Shown here: positions 58,769 to 64,000 of the stretch, one piece after another
Numbering within the stretch: position 1 is the stretch's first letter
Layout: each line of letters begins with the position of its first letter
NCBI GenBank assembly: GCA_964371255.1
Contig: CAYJKV010000005.1
Coordinates: 13,816-77,815, forward strand
DNA length: 64,000 nucleotides
Direction of reading: 5' to 3'
DNA from: an uncultured Candidatus Saccharibacteria bacterium
Lineage (GTDB): Bacteria > Patescibacteriota > Andersenbacteria > UBA10190
Notes under the pieces: model-generated
Seen by the model: only the letters and a program-made list of their open reading frames with translations
Databases searched by the model: none
What the model was told of the DNA's origin: nothing
Made by a program: the position numbers and the translations under genes

Positions 58769-59929
58769 ATGACAACAAAATTCAACCCCCACCTCTTTTT
58801 AGCTGTCTTTTTAGTCTCCTTTCTGATTCATTCCAGCTATTTTCGGTTAATAACTTTTGCGGACTATGACAAATGGGTCGCACGAACCATTAACTTGTCA
58901 GAGGACATATTGACCCCATCACCGCAAATACGTTTTTTTGACGTGAATCACGAATACCGTTATGGTTCGCATCCCGGCACAACCTTTCTTCTGCCCGCTG
59001 CCTCTTTATATAAACTTGGCCTGCCTGGTCCCACCAGCCTCTTCCTCAGCATTACATTCATTTCTTCTTTCTTGACCGCTTCTATTGCAGCTGCCTGCCA
59101 TCACTTAAGGCCCAGAAGTCCCTGGTGGCTGATATCGTCGATTATTCTCTTTATCCACCCGCTCTACTTCTACAGCACACCGACTAATGCTATTATCGGG
59201 CCCATCACTGCCTTGCTTTTCCTCTTAGCCCTAATTGTGTACGAGCAAAGGAAGCAATCGTTGTCTGTTGGTTTAATATTGTTTATATCATTCATTTTTG
59301 GGCTAGGCTTATCTACTCGCTTGCACGATACAGTATTCATTGGTGCTCCCCTGATCACTTTTATAGGTGCCTATGTGCGTAAAAAACACCTTATCTTAAT
59401 GATCTTGGCAGCGGCTTTATTCGCTTTCGTCCTTAACCCGTTCCTCTGGTTCATTCCCCTGGAATATCTGAAGACCGCCATTCTACGCACCTCTTCTCAT
59501 CTCGCCTACACTGGGATGCCTGGTTTCAACCTTACTCTTCTTTGGGCGCTTTATTATACGCCGCTGACCATTATCTCTATTGCCCTCGCGGTCGTGTCCT
59601 TTATCTTTGCCCGAAAAAAACTACCCGTTTCTTCTCCCTTTCTTCTCACTCTGTTTCTCATTACTGCCATCACCATCGGTCTGTTCCGAAGCGCCAACTT
59701 TAAAACGCTTCGCTATTTCTACCCATTAATTTTTACTTGGGATATTTTCTTGCCGCTATTTCTCCTTTGCTTGTCTGACAATATTTACTTTCCTTTTATT
59801 TCTTCAGTGCGTTCTGCCCTCTACGCCCGTCATTTAACGCGCCTCGTGCTAATGGTAATCGTCGTTTTTGGCTTTGCTTTTCTGACCGCCTATAACTTGC
59901 TTTTGCCTGGTTCTCAAGGACTTATTTAA
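58769..59929 (+). CDS. Polytopic membrane protein (about 11 TM), possible glycosyl/oligosaccharyl-transferase-like
   Basis: Hydrophobic throughout, with short loops. The only functional hint is its position next to the GT4 gene and the pilin genes. Confidence 0.45.
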   Translation: MTTKFNPHLFLAVFLVSFLIHSSYFRLITFADYDKWVARTINLSEDILTPSPQIRFFDVNHEYRYGSHPGTTFLLPAASLYKLGLPGPTSLFLSITFISSFLTASIAAACHHLRPRSPWWLISSIILFIHPLYFYSTPTNAIIGPITALLFLLALIVYEQRKQSLSVGLILFISFIFGLGLSTRLHDTVFIGAPLITFIGAYVRKKHLILMILAAALFAFVLNPFLWFIPLEYLKTAILRTSSHLAYTGMPGFNLTLLWALYYTPLTIISIALAVVSFIFARKKLPVSSPFLLTLFLITAITIGLFRSANFKTLRYFYPLIFTWDIFLPLFLLCLSDNIYFPFISSVRSALYARHLTRLVLMVIVVFGFAFLTAYNLLLPGSQGLI

Positions 59930-60035
59930 ACACAAAAATGTGTATGGAGAATAATATGACAATTAACCAGTTAGTGTGTTATTATTTATGCATACCTAAA
60001 CGTCTAACATTACCAGAGAAGGAGGTGAGGAGGAC

Positions 60036-60377
60036 ATGAACATTAAGAAAGTATTAGCTACCACAGCCGCTGTCGGTTTGATAGCGATTCCAATGATTGC
60101 CTCTGCTCAAGGATTTGCACCGGTGACTCCATTTGAAGGGACTTCAACCGGCACACTGATTCAAGCCATCACCAACATTGTTAACGCTCTACTCACCTTG
60201 GCTGCTGTTATCGCCGCTATCTTTGTCATCATCGGTGGCGTGCGGTACATAACCGCTCAAGGAGATGAAGATGCAGTCGCAGCTGCGAAGAACACAGTTA
60301 TCTATGCCGTCATCGGTATAGTCGTGATTGCTTTATCAGCCGTAGTCGTCAACTTCATTATTGCTGCCATCCCGTAA
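60036..60377 (+). CDS. TrbC/VirB2-like pilin, single domain
   Basis: AAGGAGGTGAGGAGG ribosome-binding site. QGFAPVTPFEGTSTGTLIQAITNIVNALLTLAAVIAAIFVIIGGVRYITAQGDEDAVAAAKN. Confidence 0.7.
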   Translation: MNIKKVLATTAAVGLIAIPMIASAQGFAPVTPFEGTSTGTLIQAITNIVNALLTLAAVIAAIFVIIGGVRYITAQGDEDAVAAAKNTVIYAVIGIVVIALSAVVVNFIIAAIP

Positions 60378-60397
60378 GTTTGGCGTTATTTATACAA

Positions 60398-60432
60398 GGC
60401 GCTCGATTCAACTAGGAATCGCGCGCTTTTGT
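60398..60432 (+). terminator. Putative rho-independent terminator after the last pilin gene
   Basis: GGCGCTCGATTC-aactag-GAATCGCGCGC stem-loop followed by TTTTG. Confidence 0.5.
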
Positions 60433-60662
60433 AATTAAGCAACGAATCGTTCAAAATAAATTTTTTAAAAATAACCCATCTCCATTATTTTGTGGGCAGG
60501 AACAGCCATTGCCTAATACCTGATTTCTAATATATCAATTAGGACTTAAGAGCTGCTTAGCCTGCCTGCCGATAGGGAGGCCTGTGGATAGGCCGGGACT
60601 TCTTCGTTTCTAACTCCTGATTTATATTTTCTTAAGAATCCGCATTAAGATACACTACACCT

Positions 60663-60890
60663 ATGACCATTCTTCCCCCTGAAGTTATTTTAGCTGTCAA
60701 CGCCGCCTTGTTGCTTATATCTGGCATCATTACGATGCTTTTGCTACGCACCGGCGTCCATTACGCCCATAGTGTCGGAGATTCCGCCGCCCAAGACACT
60801 CAAAAGAAGGCTATCTTAATATTCGTCTTGTCCCTTTTCGCTCTCAGCCTTCTGGCCGCCTCGTTTAACGTCCTGGTTTCCTCCGTCTAA
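60663..60890 (+). CDS. Small membrane protein, hypothetical
   Basis: 75 aa, 2 TM. Confidence 0.3.
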   Translation: MTILPPEVILAVNAALLLISGIITMLLLRTGVHYAHSVGDSAAQDTQKKAILIFVLSLFALSLLAASFNVLVSSV

Positions 60891-61013
60891 TAATAATCAG
60901 AACAAATACGCGCGTTTCTTATGATCGGGTATTCACGACTAGCCTTTATAACCAATAAAAAAAGCCTCAGATAAATTCCAAGGCTTTCAAAGAACGAATA
61001 AACGTACAACAAC

Positions 61014-62255
61014 TTACTTACTCTCTGCGTCCGCTACCGGGAAGAAAACTTCCCAATAAACTAACGCCGGCGTTGGTGGCTGGAAGTAAACAACCGCCCG
61101 CTCAACCTGTTCATCCGGATTTCCTTCCCAGAACCTCCTCACCTCAGCTGACGTGACAGTGAAACTGTCACGTGTCGGGCTCTCTCTCGCGGGAAATAAA
61201 GGCCGGAGCTCTTTCCTGAACACAGACACAGCGTCCATACCCGCTTTAAGCGCTTCTGGGTTCGAATTGTCCAGAGTAACGTTCTCGGGCATCAACCACA
61301 ACCTCGGCTGCTGTGTGTCATAGAAGCCTGGAACAGTAATTGTCTCCTTAAGTTCCCACGCTCCCGGTGCAACAGGTTCCGACGGAATAAAGGTTATTCG
61401 CATCGTCCAACTCACTTCCTCCCCATCAACCCTAAACGGTACCACGCCTGGTACCTGGAGAGAGTTCGGCATGCACGTACTGTACGAACCAACCCAAAGA
61501 ACACTGTCATTTGGCAGTTTTGTCACAGTTGCTGTGCATTCCAAACCGTTCACGCCAACTGTTCTACCAAAATTAGGATGTCTTGAGTATCCGGAAGTAC
61601 TCCGAACCTCTAAGAACAACGCCACTTCGTTGGTACCTATGCGGTTTTCATCACCACATACTTGGAATGGTTCCTGATCCTGCCTAGTAATCCACCACGC
61701 GGGTGTTGCTGGCAGCGAACTTCCTCCTAACCTGGTTTCCACCATCGCGCCTTGTAATAGCGGTCCAATTGGCAGCGGTAGATATCCGTGCTTATCAATC
61801 GAACCTGTCCATTCCCTGCGCATCCTGTTCCATCCTTCGTCTGGTCCAGTCATAGACCGTAGCATCCAATCATTTATCTGGTCAGGCGCAACATTCGTCA
61901 TCACCGTCTTTGGACCACCAACAATAGTTCCGTCAGCACCATCTTCAGCAATAGGGGGTATAGCATGTATCTCCCTCCCATTTTCCACTGCTGTTGAAAT
62001 TGCGTCAGGTTTTTCGTCGGACAGTTCGTCGCTACATCCTTTCGGGAAGAACATCCAACACAGAATCAATAAGAGGATGATTGTCATGCGTCCCAGATAG
62101 CGTTGAATCCAGCCTAGCACACTTAAAAACGCCGCTGGTCCTAGTCTGGGGATATGCGCACCGAACGCTCTGGTAATTTTCACGATCACGATCACGATCA
62201 CAGCCACGATGAATAAAGCGCATATCACGGCAATGAAATGTAGTACCACGCTCAT
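61014..62255 (-). CDS. Membrane-anchored extracytoplasmic protein, hypothetical
   Basis: Two N-terminal TM helices followed by an extracellular domain of about 330 aa. Same strand as, and 12 bp downstream of, the SPFH gene. Confidence 0.5.
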   Translation of the reverse strand: MSVVLHFIAVICALFIVAVIVIVIVKITRAFGAHIPRLGPAAFLSVLGWIQRYLGRMTIILLLILCWMFFPKGCSDELSDEKPDAISTAVENGREIHAIPPIAEDGADGTIVGGPKTVMTNVAPDQINDWMLRSMTGPDEGWNRMRREWTGSIDKHGYLPLPIGPLLQGAMVETRLGGSSLPATPAWWITRQDQEPFQVCGDENRIGTNEVALFLEVRSTSGYSRHPNFGRTVGVNGLECTATVTKLPNDSVLWVGSYSTCMPNSLQVPGVVPFRVDGEEVSWTMRITFIPSEPVAPGAWELKETITVPGFYDTQQPRLWLMPENVTLDNSNPEALKAGMDAVSVFRKELRPLFPARESPTRDSFTVTSAEVRRFWEGNPDEQVERAVVYFQPPTPALVYWEVFFPVADAESK

Positions 62256-62267
62256 TCTAGCTCTCCT

Positions 62268-63413
62268 TTAGGGGTTTTCTTTTTTCAGGAATCCTTCAAT
62301 GGCTGATAGCACATCCGCTGCGTCTTTCACGTTTATGGCAGATAATTTTATTTCGCCTGCCTTGCTGCGAATCACATCCATTAGGAATGCTTTCTGTTTG
62401 TCATCTGTCAGACCCAGCTTATCTGCCAGTGCTTCGATACCTTCCGCTTCACCAATGCGACGCAGTCTTTCGATCGCCTGTTGTTTTAAGCCTTCCTGAT
62501 GGCCAATAAAACTTAGATCAATCGCTCTGGATGCCTCAGCATCGTCTGGGGAAGCGGGTTGAAGCTGAATTTTCTCAACTACGATATTGCACACTAACAG
62601 AGAATCACCGGTCTCAAATGTATCATCATCAGGAGTAGGTCCAGGAATACGTCTAAGCAGCTTGCCCTGGATGAAGATGGTGTCGTCATCTTCGGTAAGC
62701 GCTTTACGCACTTTCCTCTCAAATAGACCCCTTTCTCTGATTATGTCATTGTTCACAACATCTCCCGCTGCCGGAAACACAGAAAAAGTGAAGAACGTAG
62801 CCGCTTCTCGCATAGCTTCCTTCATTGGCTTATTTACTACCCGGAAAAAACGTGCAGCAATTCGTTTGACTGACTCTTCCACCCCGTTCTCCTGAATAAG
62901 CACCTCGTGGTTAGTCAAATCCCTCGCACTCTTTGACAGGTAGTAATTCAGATCCTGCTTAAACAGGGAGAAAACTATCCCCAGATGCACCGGGTTTTCT
63001 GACAAACGGATTTGAAGAGTGGCGTCTCCTTCAACTCTTACTCTTGGATACTGCGTATTTGATGAGTCTGTGTACATCATTGAGGCATGGATAGGCACCT
63101 CAAACTGATCTGTCGGTACGCGATATCCAAGGTAAAGCGGCCACAAGCCGAAAGCCCAACTGCCCTTCCAAAAGGCCAACTTAACGGTATCTTGGTCAGG
63201 CACCTTAGCTCGGTTGCTGATGTTTTGGTCTCCAGCCCATGATTCGTCCCAATAGGAACGACCCAGCACCGTTCTCTCATACTGACCAAAGCGGTAAAAC
63301 ACAATTTTTTCATTAGCCCTCAGCATGTACAACGACTGGTAGATGATCACAGCCGCAACCATTGCTAGAGCCAACCCCACAACAGCCAATTCCACGATCG
63401 TTAACGTGTCCAT
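62268..63413 (-). CDS. SPFH/band-7 (stomatin/flotillin-like) membrane protein
   Basis: N-terminal TM, then IVFYRFGQYERTVLG (SPFH core start), and a C-terminal coiled coil. Confidence 0.65.
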   Translation of the reverse strand: MDTLTIVELAVVGLALAMVAAVIIYQSLYMLRANEKIVFYRFGQYERTVLGRSYWDESWAGDQNISNRAKVPDQDTVKLAFWKGSWAFGLWPLYLGYRVPTDQFEVPIHASMMYTDSSNTQYPRVRVEGDATLQIRLSENPVHLGIVFSLFKQDLNYYLSKSARDLTNHEVLIQENGVEESVKRIAARFFRVVNKPMKEAMREAATFFTFSVFPAAGDVVNNDIIRERGLFERKVRKALTEDDDTIFIQGKLLRRIPGPTPDDDTFETGDSLLVCNIVVEKIQLQPASPDDAEASRAIDLSFIGHQEGLKQQAIERLRRIGEAEGIEALADKLGLTDDKQKAFLMDVIRSKAGEIKLSAINVKDAADVLSAIEGFLKKENP

Positions 63414-63730
63414 TTCTTAACTCCTGTTCGGGTAGGTTAGATTGTCAACGAGCTGCCAAAACAGCCCAAAAGCACACAAAAACTACAACACTTTACTATA
63501 TGTCATAATAACCGTCATGTCAAGTTATTAACCGTCAGTTCTCAACAGTCAAGAAAAACCGTGTATTGACCCCAGAAAAGATGAATGAAGGGGGTTTCAT
63601 TTCCAGACATTAGCGACAAACCCTTCTAACTGTCAGAATATCTATGCGAATATACCCTCAACCGGTGAGCGCTTACTTTCAGTCATTATTCGGACCCTTA
63701 CCTTATCAATAACTCACAAAACCAGAGAAT

Positions 63731-63779
63731 CTTTTAATTTTCAATTGTTGTTTTTCACTTTTCACTTTACGTTTTTCGC
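63731..63779. repeat. Conserved T-rich tRNA-trailer motif, copy C
   Basis: cttttaattttcaattgttgtttttcacttttcactttacgtttttcgc, immediately 3' of tRNA-Leu(TAG). Confidence 0.7.
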
Positions 63780-63787
63780 TGTCTAAG

Positions 63788-63869
63788 TGCGGATGAGAGG
63801 ACTCGAACCTCCAAGGGTTGCCCCACATGGTCCTAAACCATGCGCCTTTACCAATTTGGCCACATCCGC
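63788..63869 (-). tRNA. tRNA-Leu (anticodon TAG), long variable arm
   Basis: Reverse-complement GCGGATGTGGCCAAATTGGTAAAGGCGCATGGTTTAGGACCATGTGGGGCAACCCTTGGAGGTTCGAGTCCTCTCATCCGCA. Anticodon loop is TTTAGGA. Confidence 0.8.
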
Positions 63870-64000
63870 AGAAAACCTATCTACCAACCATACTAACCAT
63901 AACCTCTAAACGTCGCAGCGCCAAGCAACCAGCCTATGCACGTCAAGCATCCATGCATCAGTCTGAGCAGTAAAACTACCCTAGGTGTAAAGCTTGGCAA

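Noticed and set aside
1-64000. CRISPR array search
   Set aside because: No run of regularly spaced 25-40-bp repeats was seen. The only repeat array (25765-26005) consists of 6-bp units at irregular spacing.
1-64000. rRNA genes / group I introns
   Set aside because: No rRNA-like sequence is recognisable in the window. The LAGLIDADG gene is therefore free-standing here.

Overview
This 64-kb window is mostly compact bacterial chromosome. By inference it resembles a small-genome Patescibacteria/CPR-like organism: many TrbC/VirB2-like mini-pilin genes, RNase Y, an H+-pyrophosphatase, and tightly packed or overlapping genes. The clear housekeeping genes are rplS (L19), clpP, tig, rny, nusA, hppA, a Ca2+-type P-type ATPase, rpsA, gyrA, nfo, a family-4 UDG, a NUDIX hydrolase and a YraN-family protein. 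There are eight tRNA genes in three clusters.

Four accessory or unusual regions stand out:
1. An AT-rich island at about 7.9-16.2 kb. It is marked by two near-identical 60-bp direct repeats. It carries an uncharacterised two-gene module (a 4-TM 766-aa alpha-helical protein plus a 156-aa partner), an orphan phage terminase small-subunit-like gene, and a NitT/TauT ABC transporter with duplicated binding proteins.
2. An integrative-element-like block at about 16.3-22.4 kb. It starts with a divergent XRE repressor, carries small hypothetical genes, an orphan receiver domain and a winged-helix protein, and ends in a large serine recombinase. The recombinase stop codon lies inside the 3' end of tRNA-Gly, in a tRNA hotspot that also holds a free-standing LAGLIDADG homing endonuclease.
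3. Two tandem paralogous giant surface proteins at 28.2-32.4 kb, with dockerin, cohesin-like and repeated PKD-like Ig domains.
4. A pilin supercluster at 53.5-60.4 kb. Seven genes encode ten TrbC/VirB2-like pilin domains, including two-domain and three-domain fusions and a Cys-containing variant. A GT4 glycosyltransferase and a polytopic membrane protein are interleaved.

Other non-coding structure includes a CCAAAT/ATTTGG motif array between the UDG and nfo genes, and a conserved T-rich motif of about 30-50 bp. The motif abuts the 3' ends of two tRNAs and recurs once elsewhere. No CRISPR array and no rRNA were seen. All calls come from reading the ORF translations and the DNA by eye. No database searches were run.
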